Shown: positions 50,446-62,475 of the stretch, in pieces
How positions within the stretch are numbered: position 1 is the stretch's first letter
Layout: each line of letters opens with the position of its first letter
Assembly: GCA_950097015.1 (NCBI GenBank)
Contig: CATNEN010000001.1
Coordinates: 9,362,001-9,426,000, forward strand
Length of the DNA: 64,000 nucleotides
Direction of reading: 5' to 3'
Source of the DNA: Macrostomum hystrix
Lineage: Eukaryota > Animalia > Platyhelminthes
Notes under the pieces: model-generated
Database searches by the model: none
What the model was told of the DNA's origin: nothing
Seen by the model: the letters and a program-made list of their open reading frames with translations, nothing else
Program-made: the position numbers and the translations under genes

Positions 50446-53400
50446 TTACTTCTTGTCGGATGATTCGCTCATACTGATTCTTGACTCGCGCATAACGCTA
50501 AACGTGCCAGAAAATGTGAAGCCCAATTTGCGCAGAAATTTATCTGCTTCGACCGGTCCATTGCGAGCGCCATAGACGTAGGAGAGCGGCTTGACGGCTT
50601 CGGCTTCCAGTTCGTGCAGGATTGGAGTGAAAATTCGCCAGGCTTCACGTAGCTCGTCGGTGCGAACGAAATTCACCTGAATAAGAGTTTTCCGGGTTTA
50701 AGAGCATTTCACTAAATTACGTAAATGTTCCGGATTTACGTAAATGTTCCAGATTGACGTAAGTGTTCCGGATTTACGTAAATTTTCCGGATTTGCGTAA
50801 CTGTTCCAGATTTACGTTAATGTTCCGGATTTATGTAAATTTTCCGGATCCTTACGTACATTCTTAAGGATTCACTTAATGCAACTATTTTGTATATATA
50901 TTTTAAAGTTAAAATCTACTTTTCAAACCTGAAAGGTAATTTTACGGATTTACGTAATTTTTAGTGCTTTCCCATGATAATTTTGCATTGTGTAGGCAAG
51001 ATATTTTTGCTAGAATCAATACTTTAATAGTCTTTGAAATGTTAGAATCATTTTCTCTAATAGAAAATATTTTGAGGAAACATAGTTAAATTAAAACTCA
51101 CTTTTTTGTTAGCTAAAAACTTGTACAGGAAGAGCTTAATTTTAGCTGGTCAAAATTGTTTTTGCAACAAACTAATAACAATATTGCAAATAAAAAACTA
51201 TTTTAGAGTTTTACAAACTAACCTGTGATCCGCACAGCACATCCAGAAGCAGTCGCTCGTATGCGTCGGGCAGTTTAACCTTGGAAAATCGCTTGCTATA
51301 GGAGAGATCTAATTCCGTCTCCTCGGCGCCAAACCCCATACCGGGTCGCTTGGTCATACATTTGATATAGACAGCCTCATTTGGCTGCACTCGCATCACT
51401 AGCTCATTGCGATGCACCACGCCAGGCTCGAAAATATCACCGCTGACGTCTTTGAATTGAATGCGAACCTTTCGATGGGTTGGGACAATGGTTTAGGTTC
51501 ATTGTTAGGTTTTCTAGAACCAAAATGAAATCTTTAATGAAATCTGTAGTGAAAAAATGGTGAATAATTGGTGAATACAGTGAAAAATTGGAATATCGGA
51601 GTTATTGGTGAATGCCGTGAGTATTGGTGGCTTTAGTGACTGGTTGGTGAATGTCGTGAGTTAGTGGTGAATGTAGTGAGTTATTTGGTAATGAAGTGAG
51701 TTTTTGGTCAATGCAGCGAGTTATTGGTGAATGCAGTGAGTTATTTGTGAATGCAGTGAGTTATTGGTGAATGCAGTGAGTTTTTTGTGAATGCAGTGAG
51801 TTATTGGTGAATGAAGTGAGTTTTTGGTGAATGCAGCGAGTTATTGGTGAATGTAGTGAGTTATTGGTGGCTTTAGTGAATGGTTGGTGAATGTCGTGAG
51901 TTAGTGGTGAATGTAGTGAGTTATTTGGTAATGAAGTGAGTTTTTGGTGAATGCAGCGAGATATTGGTGAATGCAGTGAGTTATTTGTGAATGCAGTGAG
52001 TTATTGGTGAATGCAGTGAGTTTTTTGTGAATGCAGTGAGTTATTGGTGAATGAAGTGAGTTTTTGGTGAATGCAGCGAGTTATTGGTGAATGCAGTGAG
52101 TTTTTTGTGAATGCAGTGAGTTATTGGTGAATGAAGTGAGTTTCTGGTGAATGCAGCGAGTTATTGGTGAATGCAGTGAGTTATTGGTGAATGCAGTGAG
52201 TTATTGGTGAATGTAGTGAGTTATTTGTGAATGTAGTGAGTTATTGGTGAATGTAGTGAGTCATTGGTGAATGTAGTGAGTTATTTGGGAATGAAGTGAG
52301 TTTTTGGTGAATGTAGTGAGTTATTGGTGAATGCTGTGAGTTATTGGTGAATGCTGTGAGTTATTGGTGAATGCTGTGAGTTATTGGTGAATGATGTGAG
52401 TTATTGGTGAATGCAGTGAGCTATTAGTGAATGTCTTAATTGATTGGTGAATGCCATGCAATATTGGTGAATACATTGAGTGATGAATAAACTGTGCAAG
52501 TTCTAACCACCAAACTTCGGATAAAATTAGCAGCAACACTCACCTCACACTTAGTCTCATTGAGAGCCTTACCGGCCCTGATGATAAACGGCACGCCGTC
52601 CCAGCGCTCGTTCTTGATGTAGAGTGCCGCCATGGCATAGGTGGCAGCCAGGGAGCCAGGTGGCACTGTCGGATCGTCCTGATAGCCCGGCTTGCCAGTC
52701 TCTGGATTGCCAACGTACTGGCCGATGACAATGTCTTTTAGTTCTATGGGCTGAATACTACGCAGTACTTTAACCTGTTGCAGTAGATAATAAAGGAGTG
52801 ATTTGTTAAGCTGCTTCAAGAAGCAAATAAAAATCTATAATCAATTAAGTACCTTTTCATCGCGAATATCGTCAGCGGCCATAGATAGCGGTTTTTCCAT
52901 AGCGATAAGGCTAAGCACCTGCAGCAGGTGATTCTGCATCACATCGCGTATGATGCCGAATTCGTCGAAATAACCGCCGCGACCTTCGGTACCGAACTTT
53001 TCCTGGGAATTAGTGATGGGAAGGAGAGTAATAGGTGATGAAGGGTAAGAGAAGAATGGAAGAATATTACCCAGTCTAGCAATTAGCATTGTGGTCCGGC
53101 AATTCATCCGGTCGCAATTCCGGTGCTTCACACGTAGCCTAATGTATTTGTTTCAAGTGTCTACAAACCGGACTTCCTCCTAGAGCCGGTTGAATTCCCT
53201 CCCATGACAATTTTTTGTGCTGCACCCGAACGGAACAACTCAAGCACACGAAACTAAAGAACGCGGGCCAACTTTTTGTTGCGCATCTTCTGAAACAAGA
53301 ATCAAGTCGCCAGCTCTTCAGACCGTCGAGATATTCAATGTTTCCGGCCGAAGGTCCGCTTTTTCCCATAAGAGCTGGTGTTTTTCATACACCCCTATAC

Positions 53401-56400
53401 ACGAATTTGCACTGCGCCTCAGTGCGGCCTTGCCAGGCCTTCAAAATTGATCAGCATGTCACCCGAATGTGCCTGCATCATCTACGTCAGGGGTAGGCAA
53501 ACTTATTTGCTGGTGGGCCAAAGAGAGAACCTAAAAGACGACAGCGGGCCGCATTGACTGTATAAATACGAGTATGAGATAGGGGAGAGATGAGACACAG
53601 GAGAGATGAGACACGGGAGAGATGAGCCACGCGAGAGATGAGACACGCGAGAGATGAGACACGGGAGAGATTAGACACGGGAGAGATGAGACACAGAAAG
53701 ATAATACACGAGAGAGATTAGACACGGGAGAGATAAGACACGGGAGAGATGAGACACGGGAGAGATAAGACACAGGAGAGATTAGACACGGGAGAGATAA
53801 GACACGGGAGAGATAAGACACGGGAGAGATTAGACACGGGAGAGATGAGACACAGGAGAGATAAGACTGGGGAGAGATTAGACACAGGAGAGATTAGATA
53901 CGGGAGAGATGAGACACGGAAGAGATGAGACACGGGAGATATGAGACACTGGAGAGATGAGACACTGGAGAGATGAGACACGGGAGAGATTAGACACGAG
54001 AGAGATGAAACAGGACACTGTAGATGTCAGAAGGGGCAACGGGCCGGATTTGGGAGCTTCGAGGGCCGCATCTGGCCCGCGGGCTGGAGTTTGCCGACCC
54101 CTGATCTACGTCTTCGGTGGTCACCTAACTTTATCTAGACGGATTTGCTGGACCTTCAAGAGCTAAAACAGGTGGAAATAGGTTATTATGGGCGCCCTAA
54201 CGCGAATTTCTCCGATTTCACTGATCAAACCTAAATATTAGGTCCAGCTCAACCACAGGACACCATCTACTAGTCTGTCAACCAACCAGTCACCACCTAA
54301 CGCTGTTAGCATTCAGGCGCTGCCAAAAAAAATTTAGTTGGTATAAAAACGGGCGGCAAAATGGCTTGGTAGCACTTGTTCACTTTTGAATATGTATATA
54401 GCCTTCATATATGCTAACATATTTAATACATGTTAATCGTTGCTATACTAAATTTGCTAGTTGAAAGACTTCAATATCTTTATAAAACCTGTCTATAGCT
54501 GTCCATAGGACTGCATACTGGTAAACATTACTTGTCGAGCGCGCTAAGCATTGCACGAAGATAACTATAATTTACAGTAGCTACAAGTGTAAGGCTTCTT
54601 GACATTCATTGAAATAAGAGGAGATGAAGGGAAGGAAATAAAGGGAAGAAAATGAAGGGAAGAAGATAATGGGAAGTAGATAAAGGGAAGAAGGTGAATG
54701 GAAGAGGATGAAGGGAAGATTATGAAGGGAAGGAGATGAAGGGAAGGAGATAATGGAAAGTAGATAAAGGGAAGGAGGTGAATGGAAGAGGATGAAGGGA
54801 AGGAGATGAAGGGAAGGAGATGAAGGGAAGGAGATGAAGGGAAAGGAAGGCAAGAAGAGCTAGTCAATGAGATAAAGGGAAGCAAATCAAGGATCAAGCA
54901 GATTCAGAGAAGGGTGTTAAGGGAAGATGATAAATGAAATTTAACAATTTGAAAAGTGAAATAAAAATGACTCTTAAGAAATCTACATAATAAAACGTTA
55001 GGTAAGTTATCACCAATTGCTTACCTTAAAGGTGACCAGAACATTAGCGATATTGTCCCTATTCCACAATGGAGCCAGAATCCTATTAGCGAATCGCAGT
55101 ACAACCACATTCTGAACCATCTCCTTGCCCAGATAGTGATCGATTCTGTACACCTGATCTTCCGTGAATAGATTAGACAGGTGTTGCGAAAGAATTTCGC
55201 TAGTGTGCAGATCGCGACCAAAGGGTTTCTCGATAATCACCCTAGACCAGCCTTGCTGGTCCGAACTGATGCACTCCGACTTTAAGTGAGTGGCCACGTG
55301 AATAAACATTGACGGCGGTATAGCCAGGTAATACACTCGATTGCAATGGGCGTACTGGCTGTTGCGAATGTACTGCTCGAGTTTGGCGAAGTCTTCACGC
55401 TTGTCGTAGGAGCCCTGGATTCAATGAGAGTGGAAAGTTAATATAGTGCGTGAATGAGCGAATGACGTTAGACAGTACAGTGAATGACATTAGACAGTAG
55501 AGTGAATGACATTAGACAGTAGAGTGAATGACATTAGACAGTAGAGTGAATGACATTAGACAGTACAGTGAATGACATTAGACAGTAGAGTGAATGACAT
55601 TAGACAGTAGAGTGAATGACATTAGACAGTAGAGTGAATGACATTAGACAGTAGAGTGAATGACATTAGACAGTAGAGTGAATGACATTAGACAGTAGAG
55701 TGAATGACATTAGACAGTACAGTGAATGACATTAGGCAGTAGAGTGAATGACATTGGGCAGTAGAGTGAATGACATTAGACAGTAGAGTGAATGACATTA
55801 GACAGTAGAGTGAATGACATTAGACAGTAGAGTGAATGACATTAGACAGTAGAGTGAATGACATTAGACAGTAGAGTGAATGACATTAGACAGTAGAGTG
55901 AATGACATTAGACAGTAGAGTGAATGACATTAGACAGTAGAGTGAATGACATTAGACAGTAGAGTGAATGACATTAGACAGTAGAGTGAATGACATTAGG
56001 CAGTAGAGTGAATGACATTAGACAGTAGAGTGAATGACATTAGACAGTAGAGTGAATGACATTAGACAGTAGAGTGAATGACATTAGACAGTAGAGTGAA
56101 TGACATTAGGCAGTAGAGTGAATGACATTAGACAGTAGAGTGAATGACATTAGACAATATAATTAACTCCATGGCTAATCTCACCTGCAGATAGGAGTTC
56201 CTGGCAAAGAAAGCATCCAGCAGTTCTTGCTCACCGTCTACAGTACGCAGATAGGGCATGGCATTGTTGCGAACCATTTGCACAGTTAGGCTAGACCTAG
56301 AATAGCCAATAAAGAATGTATTTGGCGGCAGGAGTTTATCTTTAAACAGCCACCAAAGAGTGGGATAGATTTTTTTCTTAGCTAGATCGCCAGATGCGCC

Positions 56401-56595
56401 AAAGATAATGATGACAACATTGCTAGTGTCTTTCATGTGGCTAAATTCGGCGCACGACTCGGCGCGCAATACTTGCAGAGTCTGTTCAGACATTGAGACT
56501 AGGTGAATGCGTTGCATGTCTGGATCAGGCTTCAAGTTTTGCAACTCCTGATACGGATCACCGGCTGCATCGTTGGCTTGATGCTGAGAGGCCAT
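50446..56595 (-). CDS. G6PD: Glucose-6-phosphate 1-dehydrogenase
   Basis: Exons 56595-56185, 55414-55025, 53002-52853, 52774-52544, 51468-51223 and 50676-50446. Motifs [58 protein letters not shown] and DAYERL. Confidence 0.97.
51590..52435. repeat. 20-bp minisatellite (GTTATTGGTGAATGCAGTGA), G6PD intron 4
   Basis: Direct tandem units. Confidence 0.92.
53488..54103. mobile_element. hAT-type MITE carrying an internal 16-bp satellite array
   Basis: TIRs CAGGGGTAGGCAAAC / GTTTGCCGACCCCTG. Perfect 8-bp TSD ATCTACGT at 53480-53487 and 54104-54111. GGGCCGC subterminal motifs. Array at ~53575-54010. Confidence 0.9.
54615..54900. repeat. Purine-rich low-complexity repeat (GATGAAGGGAAGGA)
   Basis: Degenerate tandem units in G6PD intron 2. 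Confidence 0.75.
55460..56155. repeat. 22-bp minisatellite (GACAGTAGAGTGAATGACATTA), G6PD intron 1
   Basis: Highly homogeneous tandem units. Confidence 0.93.
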
Positions 56596-56634
56596 TGTTA
56601 GCTGGAGAAAAAAAATTAAATGTACTTTTATAGC

Positions 56635-57212
56635 CTACTTTTTACTTAATTGCAGGGGGCCTGGGGCACTTGACGCACAAGCGCAGGAACGGCATGCCCC
56701 CAGGCGGCAAACTAGGCGGGAGTCGCCCATCGGGCCATCTGGACCCCTGGACACGGGCACCTCACACACAGCCGCAAGCCAAGCGGGGGAAGGGGGCGGC
56801 AGCTGGAGTGCCTCTCACCCCAGGCCCGCACACGCACAGAGTAGACCAAACCAGGGGAGGACTTAGATGCCTGAAGGGTAGGGACGAGAGGACCAAGCCA
56901 CGCGCGCAGACGGCTGGTGAAACCTCGCCGCTCAGAGCACGCATGGCTGGTGCACACCCGCCCCACCCCCCATACAACGCCTCACACCCGGCCCAACGCA
57001 CAAACACAAACACAAACAAGCAGGCATGCAGAAGGCAGGGGTTAAGCTATTTTTAATTAGCTTTGGTTGCACAGAATAAGGTGCATCTTCGCAAGACACT
57101 ACTTGGCAGACCCCCAACAAAGCCCCGAAATAATCATGACTTGGAGGGAGGAACGAACCAGCGACCATTGGAAAGTGAGGCAGCGACATTAGCCGCTGAT
57201 CCACTCACCCCC
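56635..57212 (-). mobile_element. tRNA-headed SINE family 3 (578 bp) with a 15-bp TSD
   Basis: ATGTACTTTTATAGC is duplicated at 56620-56634 and 57213-57227. The minus strand starts GGGGGTGAGTGGATCAGCGG (A box)...GGTTCGTTCC (B box) and has an A-rich tail. Confidence 0.78.
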
Positions 57213-58309
57213 ATGTACTTTTATAGCATTCAATGTATTAAAAAATAAGTTTATAACAAGTTTGTTACATAATATAGATGTGGATAATGATGTTTTCAGT
57301 GCTGAAAAGTATTTCAAGAAAGCAACTTCTATTTATATTCAACATATTACTTCACACTAACTGATTTAAGCACCTACTCTTGCAAATTCCATATTTCCAT
57401 ATTTCCACAAATATAGTTTTAAACCTAAATATTTTTTCTGTAGATCTAATCAAATCTGTTTTAAAATGTATTATACTACGAGTATAGTCATTATAAATAC
57501 TCCATTATAAATTTTTGTGCAAATAAAATGTGCAGTATAGTCACACATGCCTAACATATCATGTTAAAATGATATTTATAATGGCAACTCAAACATTTTT
57601 GGTATAACCAAATTTAATAAGAAAAGCCATAGGCCTAATGAGTATTTAATTAGAATTACTTTTGACTTGGCATCTATTAGACTTATAAAGTAGGCCTCAT
57701 ATATATTATAGGCTTTGGCTTGTTAAAAATGTCTTGAATAATTCAATGTATGATCACATCTATTTTTTGTATGTTTACTGAAAACAGCCCTCATTAAGTG
57801 TTTCAGTGGATCAGAGGGTCCTACCCTCAATGAAACAACTAGCTCAACACATTTCTGAACTTATTGCTTAACTACAGCTTTATTCATTTGCTGGTTGCTA
57901 TATAAAATAGAGTTTTTTCTTCTGATTGAGAAAGGTTGTCTAGCTAATAAAGTTTTTTAGTTGTAAATTGAGTAATTTTTAGGTAACAAAAATAACCTAG
58001 AATTTTTTAATGCTCTTGCCAACATTTTGACTTTTGTAGTAAAAATGACTACAAAAGACTAAATGACTACAAAGACTATGACTTTTGGATATGGCACTAT
58101 TGCAGTTGAACTACTAGGCCCAACTTCTACTAACTACTACTATTTTACTAGCTTATCTTCATTAAATTAAAGAGAAAAATAATTTTGCAAATGCCAATTA
58201 ACCTGCACCATTGCCAAATAGGAGTTGATCACTGGAGTCAAGTGGAGTCACTGGAGTTTTTTAGCATTTATATTTATTAGTATACTTTTTTATGCTTATG
58301 CTTATATAG

Positions 58310-58980
58310 GCTGCAAGTTGCAACAATTTGAACTTGACTGCAAAGCAGCCATGTGGAGAGCTATTCAACAGACATTCCCCAAAGGCCAGATCCAGGGATG
58401 TGTTTTTCAATACACACAGGCTGTGTTGCGCCATGTACAGTCTCTTGGCCTCCAGACTGTGGAGGCTGCTGATGAAGACACCCAGCAGCTCTGTCAAAGA
58501 CTGATGGCACTTCCATGTCTTGTTGAAATCACTCCATCGTTCTTTGAACTCCAAGCACATTGACTGCCTCTGCACCTTGCCAGATTTTCACTCTGATTAC
58601 ATGCAGGTATTTGTAATTTGTACGACTTAAAGTGCATGATGAGACTTATACAATAAATTTCTCTGCTTGATTTTAGAGGATGTGGATCAGCAGCACAATC
58701 TGCTTGCCTGATGAGATTTCTGTATTTGTTCAGGCCACTCGAACAAACCATTATCTTGAAGGCTATTATTGGATGTTGAACAGTTGCACTCAAAGTGGGC
58801 AGTTGCAGCTCTACCTTCTCATCAAGCTCCTTTTTTATGAGGGACGCATGGTCAGTGTCAACATGAGTCTAATAGCACAAGGAATGCTTCATCAGCTTCA
58901 GCGGACAAAGTACTGTCTGCGTCAGGCCACCACCTACTTCAAGCTGTGGGCAGAGCACAGTCAATATGCTCACTACTAGA
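58310..58980 (+). pseudogene. Decayed Mutator/MULE transposase
   Basis: DCKAAMWRAIQQTFP...IQGCVFQYTQAV...LGL...LMALP and SVF.QATRTNHYLEGYY..LN match degenerate MULE motifs (DFE...GCxFH; RTNNxxEGxH). Contains stops. Short subterminal-type repeats at ~59165-59270. Confidence 0.75.
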
Positions 58981-61719
58981 GGCTTGTAGTCATCTTAATG
59001 GACCTAAATTTTAACTCTAACTAGCGTGATCTAAAACTTTGTGCATGATCAACTATGCAAATCGTTCTAATATAAAACTTTTAACATAAAACATAAAATA
59101 TAAAAATCAAACATTTTATCAATGTTGTTTTTTGATCGAGTCAGATATAATTATTGCCTGTAATTAATTGTCGCCTAAGTGATCAAAACTTGTCACCAAA
59201 GGCAATTTGCTGAAATGACTTGTTGCAAAAATCACTTTTGCCTAAGTGACTTGTTGTTTGTTGTCGAATCAATTGGTACCCAGCCAGCTAGCTAGCTTGG
59301 TATGTACACTGTAGGCCTACAGAAGTATTGAAAAATATGACTGTTTTTACTGCCTAATAACTTGGCAATAAAAATTGTATAGACAATAGGCAGGCAAACA
59401 ATGACATAAGATTAGGCCCTATAAGCATATATATTGTTTTCAATGTTTTATGTTCCAATTTGAAATAAATTCACAGAGAAAGTGGCAGGTCTCTTCGAAA
59501 TTTTGAAAGCCTAACATCTGATTACAAAATTGTGTAGGGCCTAGGCCTATTTAATGACACAGGAAAGCACAGAATTAACAGAAAGTTTTTGTGGACTTCA
59601 TAGAAAGCATACTTAAAGCAAGATAAAAAAGCCACTGCCCTGAGGCCCATGGTTAGAAGGCAAAAACACAAGAGCTATTCTTCTTTCTGTCCGTTTTAAT
59701 TTTCTCTTTAAATTTCAATATTTCATATTTTGTTTTAATGCCTTTGTTCATTTGTTTATTTCTAAAATTTGTTTTTTTCACCTAAAATTAATCTTATGAA
59801 TGCTGTTTTCCTATTGCCTTCTTTTTAAAAATCAAATTGTTCAGCCTCAAACATAAAATAAACAAAAAAATCAGCACCCAATTGGCATGCACACCTCAAT
59901 AATAATAGGAGGCCTAATAATATTTAATTGTTTAAAAACATGATTTTCATGATAAGATAGTAGGGACAACTAATACTAATTTTAGTCTTTACACTAGACT
60001 ATCCTAGTAAGGCCCTATTACAATAAGGTGTTGTAAAATAGCTAAATACTGTCGAACACTAGGATAAAACTTGGCAATAGCATTCGACATTTCCACATTT
60101 GATAGGCCTAGGCTTATACAATAATTAAACACAGCATAAAAACTAATATCGATTGAATTCATGCTTTAATACATAGAATTAAAATGCACTACCTGTACAA
60201 AAATTAAACTGAAACAGTAATAATCTTACAGACTTACACCACAGCTAAAACATGCTTAGCCGCCACATGACAACCTCTTTGAGGCTTCGTACCAGTAGGC
60301 CTACTACAAAGGTCTTATCTAGTGATCTTGCCTTAAGTTAAGCCTTAGGCCTAACCAACAAAAAAATTTAATACATTTTCTAATTAATTGACATGCCGTT
60401 TAAGTAACAGAGACAATATATGCCCTAACGCCCCTAATGAGATTTTATTTTACTAGGAATAGGACCGAGATTTCAACTTGAAGTGCGAAAAACTGGTAGG
60501 CATAAAAACGTAAGACTTGAAGTACTCGTAGATTTCTTAGAAAGTTGTTCAATGTTACGGCATTTTCAGTAGCTAAACAGACATTATATATATATCCAGT
60601 AATTCATATTATATTTTCAAGTTATACATCATTTTTTCTTTTTTTTATAAGTTTTTATATATTAAAATAATTTATTATTATTAATATAAGGACATTCGTT
60701 GGTCTTGCTTTCGGTTCTAGCTACATCGGAAGGGTAAAGAAAAAAGGTAAAATTCTTTGTAGCGAGTTTCAAGCCAGGACCACAAAGATGTCTACTCCTA
60801 GTGGTCATTATTTTCAATATTTTATTCAGTCCACTTGTCAAAGACTACTGTACTATCACTTTGAAAACAGAAACAATTATTTCACAGAACTGTTTCACAT
60901 AACTGTATCGTACGCGGTATTTTTTCCGTTGCAAATAGAACTACACGTTTTCTTAACGGCTGATGTACTCGAATAACACTAACACTTGGCTGATTTCAGA
61001 TATTTTTATAATGCCAGCTGAATGTTTTATTCCACGAACGACGAACATCATCTATTGTGACAGTAGACCCGCCATCAGCCATTTTATAGCCATAAGGGTG
61101 GTATTTCTGCCAATTCTGCTGACTACACACAGAAGATATGTACATCTGCCTCGACTTTCTTATCGTCTTCCACGGACTACTCAAGTAGACTATCTACTAG
61201 TGGTCCTTGTCGTCTTCAGGCAGTGCACTAGCTCTTTTACTGCACTGCCTGTGCACTTCTTTTAACTGTGTCTTGGGGTTTGGCCCTTATAAACGCTAGA
61301 TAATTTTAAACCCCAACAAGGACCCAAGAACCACTGTACCATAACACATATTAGTTATTACTCCGGTGGTCTTTGCAGGGACATTCATGGTGCGAGAGCC
61401 AAACGCATTCGACCACTGTGTAAAACCCCCTCAAATAAACGTTAGAAGATTGTCAAGACTTTTCCTGCTTTAGCAGGAACTTATACCTGTGGTTCTGTGT
61501 ATAGGAGGAGTTCTGTGAAAAAAATTCGTAATTTATAAACATTTACCCTACTCAAAGTAGTAAAAATTAGAGATCGGAAACTCGAAGTTTGATTATATCG
61601 ACTTCTAAAGTCTGGCTTATCATAGAATATAATTTTAAATTCGCGTGAGCTGAAAGCAGGGCAAATAATTCTAGGTATGCGTGTGTCGAATGTTAAAATA
61701 CAACATTCATCAAGGACGA

Positions 61720-62000
61720 TGTTCATCTTACTCAAGCATCGATGCACTGTTGTGCTCGGAGTGTCCAGCCTGTATGCAATTTGTCTGATGGTTAGCTGAC
61801 AATTATCATCCAGTAGATCGAGAATTCCATCACTAAGACTAAGGAGCATCGGCGCCAGATGCGCATGGGCGGCCCGACTTGGGCCGATCAGCGACATCAG
61901 TCCTCCCTGCCTGAAACTGCTCAACCCACTTTTACACATGAACATCCTGCTTACCGCACAATGAGCAGTAAAGCAGATTGGTATGAATTGCCTAGCGTTT
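61720..62000 (-). pseudogene. Mariner-like transposase N-terminal remnant
   Basis: Frameshifted CAVSRMFMCK/WVEQFQAGRTDVADRPKSGRP, then ILDLLDDNCQLTIRQIAYRLDTPSTTVHRCL (second HTH). Confidence 0.7.
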
Positions 62001-62475
62001 CTCGACAAAGATTTTCCAGAGGGAGGAAAATCATAGCGCGCTGTGCTTCCCTTGATTAAACGTCCACACCGTTCTTGATTAAAGTGCAACAGTAAACAAT
62101 ACGATTTTTTGTTTGCGCGAGAATACAAAAAAGGAGTGTTAATAAACTAAGCTCAACTCAACACAGCCCAAGCTGCCAGGATTTTCCTCAGACGAAATCT
62201 CTAAAGTTTTGAGAGAAAGTATTAGATTTTAAAAAAATTCGCCGAGTTTGGACAGTCTTGTCAAAAAAGTCAAAAACAGAAATATGATACAAAAAATTAT
62301 TTAACTATGGGTGACTCCTGAGTACATAACATGCTGTACCTTTTACATTAAAAAAATGTACTCCAAAAACACAGACTGATACAATCGCTTTCTAACGACA
62401 CCAAGATCATAATGATTGTTTGAGTAGTTTTTTAGTGACATGCTAAAGCAAAAGATGGAACACCCGGAAAATGGC

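Noticed and set aside
11829-54897. Many long ORFs such as [52 protein letters not shown] and NPHLILV
   Set aside because: They are stop-free translations of intronic or intergenic minisatellites, often open in several frames at once, and the flanking exons splice around them in frame.
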